Origin: Spirochaetota bacterium
GTDB lineage: Bacteria > Spirochaetota > UBA4802 > UBA5550
Direction of reading: 5' to 3'
Length of the DNA: 64,000 nucleotides
Assembly: GCA_017999915.1 (NCBI GenBank)
Contig: JAGNKX010000001.1
Span: 691,440-755,439 of the forward strand
Shown: positions 9,276 through 18,479 of the stretch, one piece after another
Numbering within the stretch: position 1 is the stretch's first letter
Layout of the letters: each line of letters opens with the position of its first letter
Position numbers and translations under genes: made by a program
Notes under the pieces: model-generated
Database searches by the model: none
The model's input: only the letters and a program-made list of their open reading frames with translations
Told to the model about the DNA's origin: nothing

Positions 9276-10189
9276 TAACGGTTGAGGGCCTGACCAAGAA
9301 TTTCGGCGATATACGGGCGGTTGACTCCCTGTCCTTTACCGTCAACAAGGGGGAGATCTTCTGCATCGTGGGCCCCGACGGCTCGGGCAAGAGCACCCTC
9401 CTCAGGATGATATCGTCGATCCTGATACCCAACGGGGGGAGCATCACTATCAACGGCATCGATGTGAAGGAAAATCCAATTAAAATCAAGGAGAACCTGG
9501 CGTACATGCCCCAGCGTTTCGGCCTCTACGAGGACCTGACCGTTGAGGAAAACATCTTCTTCTTCGGCAGGCTCTATCTCCTGTCGCACCGCGAGATCAG
9601 GAAGAAGCTCGACGCCCTGTACGGCTTCAGCAGGCTGGGGCCTTTTAAGGACCGCCTGGCGGGGAAGCTGTCAGGGGGGATGAAGCAGAAGCTGGGCCTC
9701 GTCTGCAGCCTGGTGCATACGCCGGAGGTGATTCTCCTGGACGAGCCGACCAACGGCGTGGACCCGGTGTCTCGCCGTGAGTTCTGGGACATCCTGTACG
9801 AGCTCCTTGGCCAGGGAGTCACCATCGTCGTTACCACCGCTTATCTGGATGAGGCGGAACGAAGCAACAGGGTGGCCCTGATGTACCGAGGAAAATTCAT
9901 ACGCCTGGGTAAGCCGAAGTCGATACGGGACGAATTGCAGCAGAGGATGCTGCATATTATCGTCGATGACCCGCACGGGGCGGAGACCCTGCTGAAAGTT
10001 GATGGCGCCATGAAGATCGTCCGCACCGGAAATTCCATCAGGATTTTTACCGGGACAATGCAGAAGACAAGAAAGCAGGCGGAGCGGCTGTTGAAAGGGA
10101 AGGGCATCGGCATCCTCAAAAGTGAAGAGGTGATGCCGCGCCTTGAAGACAGCTTCATCGAGATTATAACAAGGGAGGAAGACCGGTGA
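9272..10189 (+). CDS. ABC transporter ATP-binding protein.
   Basis: Walker A GPDGSGKST, ABC signature LSGGMKQKL, Walker B ILLDEPT. GTG start overlapping the upstream stop (GTGA). Confidence 0.9.
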   Translation: MITVEGLTKNFGDIRAVDSLSFTVNKGEIFCIVGPDGSGKSTLLRMISSILIPNGGSITINGIDVKENPIKIKENLAYMPQRFGLYEDLTVEENIFFFGRLYLLSHREIRKKLDALYGFSRLGPFKDRLAGKLSGGMKQKLGLVCSLVHTPEVILLDEPTNGVDPVSRREFWDILYELLGQGVTIVVTTAYLDEAERSNRVALMYRGKFIRLGKPKSIRDELQQRMLHIIVDDPHGAETLLKVDGAMKIVRTGNSIRIFTGTMQKTRKQAERLLKGKGIGILKSEEVMPRLEDSFIEIITREEDR

Positions 10190-11337
10190 AAGCCTTTGGT
10201 TCCCTCATACGAATGATCGCGATTGCGGACAAGGAATGGATCCAGATACGGCGTGACGGCCGGAGCTTTTTCCTGGCGCTGTTCATTCCGACCCTGCTGG
10301 TGCTGCTGTTCGGCTATGCCCTGGTATTTGACGTGAAGCATGTGAAGGTCGCCGTGTATGACCAGGACCGCAGTTATGCTTCCCGACAGTACCTTGAGCG
10401 GTTCAAGCATACAGAATATATCTCGATTGAGCGGTATGTCGATAATTACAAGGATATCGACGGGCTCATAAATTCAGGCGCAATCGCGATGGCCCTGGTG
10501 ATCCCGCCCTCTTTTGAGCGAAAATTCAATTCCGGGAAGTACGCCGATATACAGGTACTGGTGGACGGGTCGGATTCCATGTCAGCCCTGATCGCCACCG
10601 GCTACGTGAAGGCCATAAGCTATGAATTTAACAGGGACTACCTGGAGAAGGCTTTGACCAAGAAAGGGCTGACATCGTTGCGGCAGCCTGTAGAGATTAA
10701 AAACAGGATATGGTATAATTCGGAGCTGAAGAGCCGCAATTTCATCATACCCGGCAACCTGGGCCTTATCCTGGCCATCATATCGGCCCTGATCACCTCC
10801 CTCACCATTTCCCGGGAATGGGAGCGGGGGACCATGGAGACACTCATAACAACGCCGGTGCGCGGACACGAAGTGGTGCTGGGGAAGCTCATCCCCTATA
10901 TTTTCATAGGCCTTTTCGATGTGGTCTTCGCCCTGGTCGTCGGCTATTTCGTTTTCAACGTGCCCTTCAGGGGAAGCTTCCTTGAGCTGATGCTCATATC
11001 CATACTGTTCCTGGTGGGGACCAGCGGCCTGGGCATACTCATTTCCTCGATAACGCGGGTGCAGGTGCTCTCGGTGCAGGTTGCCATTGTCCTTACCTAT
11101 CTGCCGTCCTTCATGCTCTCTGATTTTATATTTCCGATCAAGAACATGCCGTTGATCATCCAGGCCATCACGTACATCATTCCGGCAAAATACATGATCG
11201 TCGTGCTGAAGGGGATCATCCTGCGCGGCGTCGGGTATCCCGTGCTGATAATGCAGATAGTGTTTCTTTCAATATTCTGCATCCTGGTGCTTGCCCTGTG
11301 CATTAAAAAGTTCAGGGTCAGCCTCCCGGACAAGTGA
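10186..11337 (+). CDS. ABC-2 type transporter permease (YbhS/YbhR-like).
   Basis: 383 aa. Large periplasmic loop after TM1 and C-terminal 5-TM ABC-2 domain. GTG start overlaps the upstream stop. Confidence 0.85.
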   Translation: MKAFGSLIRMIAIADKEWIQIRRDGRSFFLALFIPTLLVLLFGYALVFDVKHVKVAVYDQDRSYASRQYLERFKHTEYISIERYVDNYKDIDGLINSGAIAMALVIPPSFERKFNSGKYADIQVLVDGSDSMSALIATGYVKAISYEFNRDYLEKALTKKGLTSLRQPVEIKNRIWYNSELKSRNFIIPGNLGLILAIISALITSLTISREWERGTMETLITTPVRGHEVVLGKLIPYIFIGLFDVVFALVVGYFVFNVPFRGSFLELMLISILFLVGTSGLGILISSITRVQVLSVQVAIVLTYLPSFMLSDFIFPIKNMPLIIQAITYIIPAKYMIVVLKGIILRGVGYPVLIMQIVFLSIFCILVLALCIKKFRVSLPDK

Positions 11338-11355
11338 CAAAGAGGCATAGGCGAC

Positions 11356-12546
11356 ATGAAAGCATTCATCAGGCCAAAAGTACTTGTAAGCATGATAAAA
11401 AAGGAATTCGCCCAGGTGCTGCGCGATATCCGGATGCGGGGCGTTGTATTCGGGCCGCCGATAATCATGATCATCGTTTTCGGTTATGCCATCAACCTTG
11501 ACGTTAATACCGTGAACCTGGCTGTCGTCGATGAGGATAAAACATCGATGAGCCGGGGATTGATTGAAAAGTTCACCGGCTCTGGGTATTTTAAGCTGCA
11601 TTCATATCTGTACTCGGACGATGAATTGATGCCCCTGATGGACCGGGGAACGGTGGAAGCGTTTATCCATTTGAGGCGTGACCTGTCAAAAAACCTTAAA
11701 ACCGGGAAGGTCTCGGAAATTCAGGTGATCATCGACGGGACTGATTCCAATAGGGGCGCGATCATCACCGCCTATGTCAACGAGATAATGCAGGGTTTTT
11801 TCATGGATGAGTACCTCGGAAGGGTCAAGGCGCAGATACTGTACCGCCTGTCGGGCCTTCCGGGCACGCAAACTGGCGAGTCTGCCGGAATGGTAATGCC
11901 CCGGGGGGTCCGCATCCTTGACAGGGCCTATTTCAATCCTACCCTCCTCAGCAAGAATTATTTTCTGCCCGGGGTCATAGGTTTCATCGTTTCCCTGATA
12001 ACGGTCATGCTGACGTCGATGTCGATCGTCAAGGAGCGGGAGTCGGGGACCATGGAGCAGATCGTCGTGTCCCCCATCAAGCCGATGGAATTCATCATGG
12101 GGAAGACGATACCTTTCGCCATCATCGGCTTTATCGACATGCTGATCGTAACGATAATAACGATTTTCTGGTTCGGCGTTCCCTTCAACGGCAGTATCGC
12201 CTTCCTGTATTTTGCGGCATTTTTCTATATCCTCTGCTCCCTCGCGGTGGGTATATTCATTTCCACGATATCAAAGACACAGCAGCAGGCGATGATGTCA
12301 TTCTTTCTGTATTTCATACCGGCGATTCTCTTTTCCGGCTTTGCCTTTCCCATCTACGCGATGCCGGAAACGATACAGTTCATCACCTACCTCAATCCGC
12401 TGATGTATTTCATGGTCATTATCCGGGGGGTGTTCCTGAAGGGTGTGGGCATAACGGTCCTGTGGAAGGAAGTGCTGATCCTCATGGTCATCGGAATTGT
12501 ACTGCTGAACCTGAGCGCCCGCAGGCTGAGCAGGAGGATGGAATAA
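11356..12546 (+). CDS. ABC-2 type transporter permease, paralog of the preceding gene.
   Basis: 396 aa with the same topology as the preceding permease. Confidence 0.85.
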   Translation: MKAFIRPKVLVSMIKKEFAQVLRDIRMRGVVFGPPIIMIIVFGYAINLDVNTVNLAVVDEDKTSMSRGLIEKFTGSGYFKLHSYLYSDDELMPLMDRGTVEAFIHLRRDLSKNLKTGKVSEIQVIIDGTDSNRGAIITAYVNEIMQGFFMDEYLGRVKAQILYRLSGLPGTQTGESAGMVMPRGVRILDRAYFNPTLLSKNYFLPGVIGFIVSLITVMLTSMSIVKERESGTMEQIVVSPIKPMEFIMGKTIPFAIIGFIDMLIVTIITIFWFGVPFNGSIAFLYFAAFFYILCSLAVGIFISTISKTQQQAMMSFFLYFIPAILFSGFAFPIYAMPETIQFITYLNPLMYFMVIIRGVFLKGVGITVLWKEVLILMVIGIVLLNLSARRLSRRME

Positions 12547-13472
12547 TGGAAAAAGTCGTTGAGATCAGGAACCTTACCAAGACATTCGGCGATTTTACCG
12601 CGGTCAATAATATCAGCCTCTCGGTGGAGAAGGGGGAAATATTCGGTTTCCTGGGCCCCAACGGCGCGGGGAAGACGACCACCATCAAGATGCTCTGCGG
12701 CATCCTGATGCCGACCTCCGGTGAGGGCCGGGTATCGGGGTTCGATATCATCGCCGAGCAGGAGAAGATCAAGACCATCATCGGGTACATGTCCCAGCGA
12801 TTCAGCCTGTATGAAGATCTCACGGTCGTGGAGAACCTGGAATTTTACGGCAGCATATACGGCCTCGAGGGGAGGAAACTGAAAGAGTCCATCGGCCGGG
12901 TGGTCGACATGGCGGGCATCGGCGACCGGAAAAATGACCTGGTGAAAAACCTGCCGGGCGGCATGAAGCAGCGCCTGGCCCTGGGCGGCGCCATACTCCA
13001 TGATCCGCCGATCCTCTTCCTCGACGAGCCCACGTCAGGAGTGGATCCCCTCATGCGGCGGAACTTCTGGGACATCATATACCGGTTTTCCGAGGAGGGG
13101 CGCACCATCTTTGTCACCACCCACTACATGGACGAGGCGGAGCACTGCAACAGGATTGCCCTGGTCATCGCGGGACAGATCATCGCCCTTGATTCGCCGG
13201 AAGCCCTGAAAAAGAATTTTGACAATGCCGTATATTCCATCGTAACGGATAACTTTCTCGAGGTATTCGAGAAAATCAGGTACCTTGACTTTATCATTGA
13301 AGCGGCCATATTCGGCACCGACATCCATATCCTGTGCGGCAAGGATGTGCCGGCGAAGAAAAAAATAGCGGCTTTTTTCAAAGAGCAGGACATCTCCTCC
13401 TATGCGATCCATCGGATAACACCAAGCCTTGAGGACGTGTTCGTGAGCAATGCCAGGAAATACGCCCTCTGA
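12546..13472 (+). CDS. ABC transporter ATP-binding protein, second ATPase of the system.
   Basis: Walker A GPNGAGKTT, signature LPGGMKQRL, Walker B LFLDEPT. I place the start at ATG 12546 (MEKVVEIRNLTK), overlapping the upstream TAA (TAATGG). The ORF-track start at 12462 would overlap the permease by 85 nt. Confidence 0.85.
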   Translation: MEKVVEIRNLTKTFGDFTAVNNISLSVEKGEIFGFLGPNGAGKTTTIKMLCGILMPTSGEGRVSGFDIIAEQEKIKTIIGYMSQRFSLYEDLTVVENLEFYGSIYGLEGRKLKESIGRVVDMAGIGDRKNDLVKNLPGGMKQRLALGGAILHDPPILFLDEPTSGVDPLMRRNFWDIIYRFSEEGRTIFVTTHYMDEAEHCNRIALVIAGQIIALDSPEALKKNFDNAVYSIVTDNFLEVFEKIRYLDFIIEAAIFGTDIHILCGKDVPAKKKIAAFFKEQDISSYAIHRITPSLEDVFVSNARKYAL

Positions 13473-13636
13473 GGCTTTGGGAAAGACTTTTCATTTTTTC
13501 CTTGAATTATGATTTAAATCATATGCTGATGGTTTCATGATCGGAAGGATGAAGCATTGGTTCGGTCGCGGAAATCTTCACCGCTGGGTTGAGCCGTTTC
13601 CGTTCCGATACGGCAATGAGAATTGATCGGAGTACT

Positions 13637-14440
13637 ATGTCCCTGGCATTTTCAAAAGATGATTTCATGTTTTTCAAGGATCTCCTGATCGAGGCCGGCA
13701 CAGCCGCGCGGAAATTACAGAAAGATACCATCACCGTCACGAGAAAATCAGACCGGTCCATTGTCACTCAGGCTGACCTCATGGTGCAGGATTTGCTGAT
13801 GAAAAGGATATCAGCGCGCCATGGCGATTACATGTTTATCATGGAAGAAAACAATTCCGGCGCCTCACCCGATATTAGCGATGATACCGTCACGGTCGTA
13901 ATCGATCCCATTGACGGCACGGCCATGTTCAGCATGCACCTTCCGGAATGGTGCGTTTCTGTGGGCATATTCAGGGGGAGAATGCCGGTTTACGGATTCG
14001 TGTATTCCCCGGGGTGCGACATGTTTTTTTACAATGACGACAACGGCGCCTACTTGAATGACCGGCCCGTGCGCGCGGACCGGACCATCTCGATCGACAA
14101 TGAAACAAATATCTTCGTTGCATCCGAGGCCGGCAGCAGGTTCGACATTCTTTTTCCCGGTAAGATCAGGAACCTTGGGTCTACGGCGCTGCACGCCTGC
14201 CTTGCCGTAGATAATGTCCGCAACAGGACCCTTGCCTTTATCGGCAAGTCCCGCCTCTGGGACTGGGCCGGCGCAATGCCCATCATCCGTAAAGCCGGCT
14301 GCATGATGAAGTATATCAGCGGAGAGGATGTCGATGTTCAAGAAGTGATCCGCAATGATTACCGGCTTCTCGATTATGTCATTGTGTACAACTCGGATGA
14401 TTTTGAATCCGTGCGGAGTATTTTCAGAAAACGACAATGA
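13637..14440 (+). CDS. Inositol monophosphatase family protein (IMPase, or 3'(2'),5'-bisphosphate nucleotidase-like).
   Basis: Motifs VVIDPIDGT and WDWAGA. The start is ambiguous between 13589 and 13637. Confidence 0.75.
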   Translation: MSLAFSKDDFMFFKDLLIEAGTAARKLQKDTITVTRKSDRSIVTQADLMVQDLLMKRISARHGDYMFIMEENNSGASPDISDDTVTVVIDPIDGTAMFSMHLPEWCVSVGIFRGRMPVYGFVYSPGCDMFFYNDDNGAYLNDRPVRADRTISIDNETNIFVASEAGSRFDILFPGKIRNLGSTALHACLAVDNVRNRTLAFIGKSRLWDWAGAMPIIRKAGCMMKYISGEDVDVQEVIRNDYRLLDYVIVYNSDDFESVRSIFRKRQ

Positions 14441-14495
14441 CATACGACCAGGATTAATGCCTGCTGATCGTAGCGCACACAAAACATTATGCGAC

Positions 14496-14528
14496 AAAAT
14501 ACCCTGCAGGATGCCGCGGGGTATTTTG
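14496..14528. terminator. Rho-independent terminator-like hairpin flanked by A- and T-tracts (AAAATACCCTGCAG-gatgcc-GCGGGGTATTTTGTT).
   Basis: 7-bp stem including one G·U pair, then TTTTGTT. Lies 56 nt after the IMPase stop. Confidence 0.55.
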
Positions 14529-14712
14529 TTATTGGCGATCGGCTTCTTATTCAAAAAAAACCAAATGAATTTTTCCTATTTATAAATTCCTGTTTCGTCC
14601 CTGAGAAAATAACTGGAAAAAGTGAAAAGTGTATATGGTCGATTAATATGTTGACATTAATATACAGCGGATTGATCCTGACCCAAGTTGAGTTTCTGTT
14701 TAGGATGAGAGT

Positions 14713-15192
14713 ATGCCACGGCCCAGAATTTTCGGTTATTTAGCTGTATTGTTCGCACTGATACTTACGGGATTTTTCATATATTCCTTGATGGCTGTGA
14801 TGAATGACAATATCAATTACAGCCATGTTGATTTGAACGCATTGAGTTCATTCACATTCTACGCCATCGCAGCCCCAATCGGATTAGTGTCTATGGTCGT
14901 CATCGGAACCGGATTCTGGATCGGCTGGACAATTCTCGCAATAAAGGTGGTGCCACCAATGCCTGAGATAGTTGAAAAAAAAGATTTTTCCAAGATCAAA
15001 GCCTTTTTCATGTGTATCATTACACTCGCTCTGGGAGTCCTTCTCATTTACGGCCTGTATATCAGGAACTTCTGGGCGCTGGCGATACCCGCAGCGGTCA
15101 TTTGCATCGTGATACTTGGCGCAGTGTTATGGGTCGGGATCGCCATCATAACAACTCGTTCAACGCTGCCTGAAGAGAAGCAACAGTCTTAA
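14713..15192 (+). CDS. Hypothetical polytopic membrane protein (about 4 TM helices).
   Basis: ORF with strongly hydrophobic segments and coding-like composition. Confidence 0.5.
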   Translation: MPRPRIFGYLAVLFALILTGFFIYSLMAVMNDNINYSHVDLNALSSFTFYAIAAPIGLVSMVVIGTGFWIGWTILAIKVVPPMPEIVEKKDFSKIKAFFMCIITLALGVLLIYGLYIRNFWALAIPAAVICIVILGAVLWVGIAIITTRSTLPEEKQQS

Positions 15193-15198
15193 TTATTC

Positions 15199-16437
15199 AT
15201 GAAGGTTTTGCTGTTATGCTACCGTGGCAGTCCCTTTTGCGGAGGCCTCGGTATTTATCTTTATTATCTGAGCCGCGAGCTGGCACGAATGGGTGTTGAA
15301 ATCGATGTTGTCGTCGGGCCGCCCTATCCGGACCCTATGGAAGAATGGGCCGCGGTTCATAAAATCGAGAACCTAAATATCTGGATGGTGAAGACGAAGA
15401 AATTCGGGTACGATCGGCTGAAGCGCGTCTACTCACTTTGGAATTTCGTCGATTATATCCTGACCCGTTTTCATATTTTTCCTGAAATGGAAACATTCAG
15501 CATCAGGGCTTTTTTCAAGATTCGCCGGCTTTTAAAGAAGCGGACCTATGACATCATCCATGATGTCAACGGCCTTGGATGGGGCCTTCTGTTCATGAAG
15601 GGTTTCGGCATACCGGTCATATCCACCATACACCACCCCCTGACACGCGACCGCGATGCCGATTTGATGATGGACAAGGATTTCTGGGGACTGGTCACGA
15701 CGGTGTTGTTCTATCCCCTGATGATGCAGCGCTTTGTCATCAATCGCCTCGACAGGATCATCACATCATCCAATGAGGGGATCGATGAACTGAAGCGGGC
15801 CTTCGGTTTGAGCAGAAAAAAGGTATCCGTCGTATATAACGGCATGGACGTGGAAAGCTTCAGGAACACCGGCGAAAAACGGGACACCAGCACCATACTC
15901 TTCGTGGGTAACACCGAGGATCATAAGAAAGGGATCCTCTTTCTGCTGGAGGCCCTTGCTGAGCTCCCCGAGGGCATAGGGCTGACCATCGTTGACGAGG
16001 GGCCGCCGCTGAAAAAGAACGCCGCTGAGCTGATACGGAAGGTCGGCGTGGAGAAGCGCGTGACCTTCACCGGCAAGGTGGACCAGAAGACGCTGGTGAG
16101 CCTTTATAGCAGGGCCGCGGTCCTGGTCATGTCGTCCCTGTACGAGGGTTTCGGTCTGCCGGCGGCCGAGGCCATGGCCTGTGAAACGCCGGTAGTCGTC
16201 ACCAGGGCCGGCGCCCTTCCGGAAGTGGTGGACACGTCATGCGGGGTCCTGGTGGAGCCCGGCAACGCGAAGGCCCTCAGGGACGCCATCATGGGCGTTC
16301 TCAAGGACGCCGATGCACGAAGGCGGATGGGCAAGAACGGAAGGAAAAGAGCCGAGGATAATTTTTCCTGGCCCGTGGCGGCGAGGAACACTCTTGAAGT
16401 ATACCGTGATGTTATCAACAAGTACAGGAGAGCATAA
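15199..16437 (+). CDS. Glycosyltransferase, family 4 (GT-B fold).
   Basis: C-terminal EGFGLPAAEAMACETPVV (the E-x7-E GT4 motif) and an N-terminal Gly-rich loop CGGLGIY. Confidence 0.85.
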   Translation: MKVLLLCYRGSPFCGGLGIYLYYLSRELARMGVEIDVVVGPPYPDPMEEWAAVHKIENLNIWMVKTKKFGYDRLKRVYSLWNFVDYILTRFHIFPEMETFSIRAFFKIRRLLKKRTYDIIHDVNGLGWGLLFMKGFGIPVISTIHHPLTRDRDADLMMDKDFWGLVTTVLFYPLMMQRFVINRLDRIITSSNEGIDELKRAFGLSRKKVSVVYNGMDVESFRNTGEKRDTSTILFVGNTEDHKKGILFLLEALAELPEGIGLTIVDEGPPLKKNAAELIRKVGVEKRVTFTGKVDQKTLVSLYSRAAVLVMSSLYEGFGLPAAEAMACETPVVVTRAGALPEVVDTSCGVLVEPGNAKALRDAIMGVLKDADARRRMGKNGRKRAEDNFSWPVAARNTLEVYRDVINKYRRA

Positions 16438-17681
16438 TGAAAATATGTCTGTTAAGCTATCGTGGTAATCCGTATTGCGGCGGACAGGGAATCTATGTCA
16501 TGTACATAGCGCGCGAGCTGGTGAAACTGGGACACGAAGTGCACGTCATTGCCGGTCCTCCCTATCCCTTTGACGAGGAAGGCGTTATCATTCACCGGGT
16601 GAGCAACCATAACTATTTCAATAAGAAAAAGGATTTCATAAAGCCCCATAAGCCCTTCGCGACCCTCCAGCCCCTGAATTTTTATGAATTCGTCGCCGCC
16701 AAGATGGGTATCTTTCCTGAAATTGAAACATTTTCCGTGCGCGCATTTTTTAAATTGAAAGAGCTTCTTAAAGAGCACAAGTATGATATCATTCACGACA
16801 ACCAGTGTCTTGGATACGGGTTCCTCCTGATCCAGAGGCTGGGAGTTCCCTTTATATCAACGATACATCATCCCCTCTCCATTGACCGCTCCACCTGGTT
16901 CGAGTATCCCTCGGATTTCAATATCAAGATGAGGCGGATCCTGTACTATCCGTTGCTGATGCAGAAATTTGTCGCGAACCGGATGAATCGGATAATAACC
17001 GTCTCTCATAACGCGGCCCTGGAAATAAACAAGGCCTTCGGGGTCAACCAGAAGAAGATCAACGTCATTTACAACGGGATGGATTCGAGCCTTTTCTATC
17101 CCGTCAAGGGCGTGCAGAAGAAGAAAAACAGCATTATTTTCGTCGGCAATGTCGAGGACAGGAAGAAAGGCGTTATTTATCTCCTGAAAGCCATGACCCT
17201 GACCAAGCACAAGGTAAGCCTTACTATCGTCGACGGCGGGGCCCCCAACCGGAGCACGGTCCCGAACCTGATCGACAAGTTCGGCCTCAACGGCCGGGTG
17301 ACCTTCACCGGAAAGATCCCCATTGACAAGCTGATACGTCTCTATTCCAGGAATGAGATAGCCGTCCTCCCGTCCCTCTACGAGGGGTTCGGTTTCCCGG
17401 CGGCCGAGGCCATGGCCTGCGAGCTTCCCGTTCTGACCACGACAGCGGGAGCCCTCCCTGAAGTGGTGGGGGAGCACATGAAGACCGGATACCTGGTGCC
17501 GCCCCGCGACGCCGAAGCCATAGCCGAGGGCATAGATTTTCTCCTGGATAACCCCGATCTCCGCAGGGAGATGGGCAAGGCTGCGCGGAAACGGGTCCTT
17601 GAAGTCTTTACCTGGGAGAACGCGGCCCATGAGCTGGTCGCCATGTACGAAGAGGTGATCAATGCTCACCGTGGACTTTGA
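16437..17681 (+). CDS. Glycosyltransferase, family 4; paralog of the preceding gene.
   Basis: Parallel motifs CGGQGIY and EGFGFPAAEAMACELPVL. Adjacent to the previous gene with no gap. Confidence 0.85.
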   Translation: MKICLLSYRGNPYCGGQGIYVMYIARELVKLGHEVHVIAGPPYPFDEEGVIIHRVSNHNYFNKKKDFIKPHKPFATLQPLNFYEFVAAKMGIFPEIETFSVRAFFKLKELLKEHKYDIIHDNQCLGYGFLLIQRLGVPFISTIHHPLSIDRSTWFEYPSDFNIKMRRILYYPLLMQKFVANRMNRIITVSHNAALEINKAFGVNQKKINVIYNGMDSSLFYPVKGVQKKKNSIIFVGNVEDRKKGVIYLLKAMTLTKHKVSLTIVDGGAPNRSTVPNLIDKFGLNGRVTFTGKIPIDKLIRLYSRNEIAVLPSLYEGFGFPAAEAMACELPVLTTTAGALPEVVGEHMKTGYLVPPRDAEAIAEGIDFLLDNPDLRREMGKAARKRVLEVFTWENAAHELVAMYEEVINAHRGL

Positions 17682-18363
17682 CAGGCTCACTGTCAGAAAG
17701 GGCGACATCGTTCTTGACGCGGGATGCGGATTCGGCCGGCATTCCCTGGAGTTTGTGTCCCGCGGCGCCACCGTGTACAGCATGGACATGGACATGGAGA
17801 GCCTCCGGAAGACCCGCTTTTCCCTGACCCAGATGAAAAAGCATGTCAAGGGCGGCGAGGTGCGCTACCTTGTCCATTCCGGTGACGCCCTGAAACTCCC
17901 CTTCAAGGACGAATCCTTCGACAGGATCATCTGTTCCGAGGTCATGGAGCATGTCAGGGATGACGACCTGGCCTGCCGGGAGCTGTCGCGCGTACTCAAG
18001 AAAAACGGCAGGATCGCCATAACCGTGCCGACTGTTTTCAGCGAGCACATGTATAATCTTCTCACCTATGAATACTATACCTCGCCGGGGGGCCATATTC
18101 GTAATTATTTTCCCGGCGACCTCGCGGCCATGATGAGGCGAAACGGCATGGAAGTGTATGCCATAGGGTTCAAGCACTCCTTCCATACCATCTGGTGGAT
18201 GATCCGGTCCGTGGTGGGGCTTCACCTGAGCGACCATCCCCTGACAAGGGCCTACCACAAGTTTCTTCACCTGGGGCTTTATTCAAACATGGTCAGGAAA
18301 GCGGAGTCCTTCTTTGATTATTTTTTCCCTAAGAGCGTGGTCATCTACGCCTGGAAAAAATAG
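17662..18363 (+). CDS. Class I SAM-dependent methyltransferase.
   Basis: SAM-binding motif VLDAGCGFGRHS and acidic loop. Overlaps the upstream GT4 by 20 nt. Confidence 0.8.
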   Translation: MLTVDFDRLTVRKGDIVLDAGCGFGRHSLEFVSRGATVYSMDMDMESLRKTRFSLTQMKKHVKGGEVRYLVHSGDALKLPFKDESFDRIICSEVMEHVRDDDLACRELSRVLKKNGRIAITVPTVFSEHMYNLLTYEYYTSPGGHIRNYFPGDLAAMMRRNGMEVYAIGFKHSFHTIWWMIRSVVGLHLSDHPLTRAYHKFLHLGLYSNMVRKAESFFDYFFPKSVVIYAWKK

Positions 18364-18479
18364 CGGCTCATCGCAGGCGCCGGACAACCAGTCAAAGGGT
18401 CTCTGTAAATAACAAAAAATAACTTGCTATGTGAATACGCTTCATCTATCTCTGTCTTAAAATTGAATTCCTCCAGACC

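Noticed and set aside
12462-12545. ORF-track start of the second ABC ATPase at 12462, overlapping the permease by 85 nt.
   Set aside because: The conserved ATPase N-terminus begins at MEKVVEIRNLTK (ATG 12546), which overlaps the permease stop in a TAATG junction. The upstream extension has no homology-like features.
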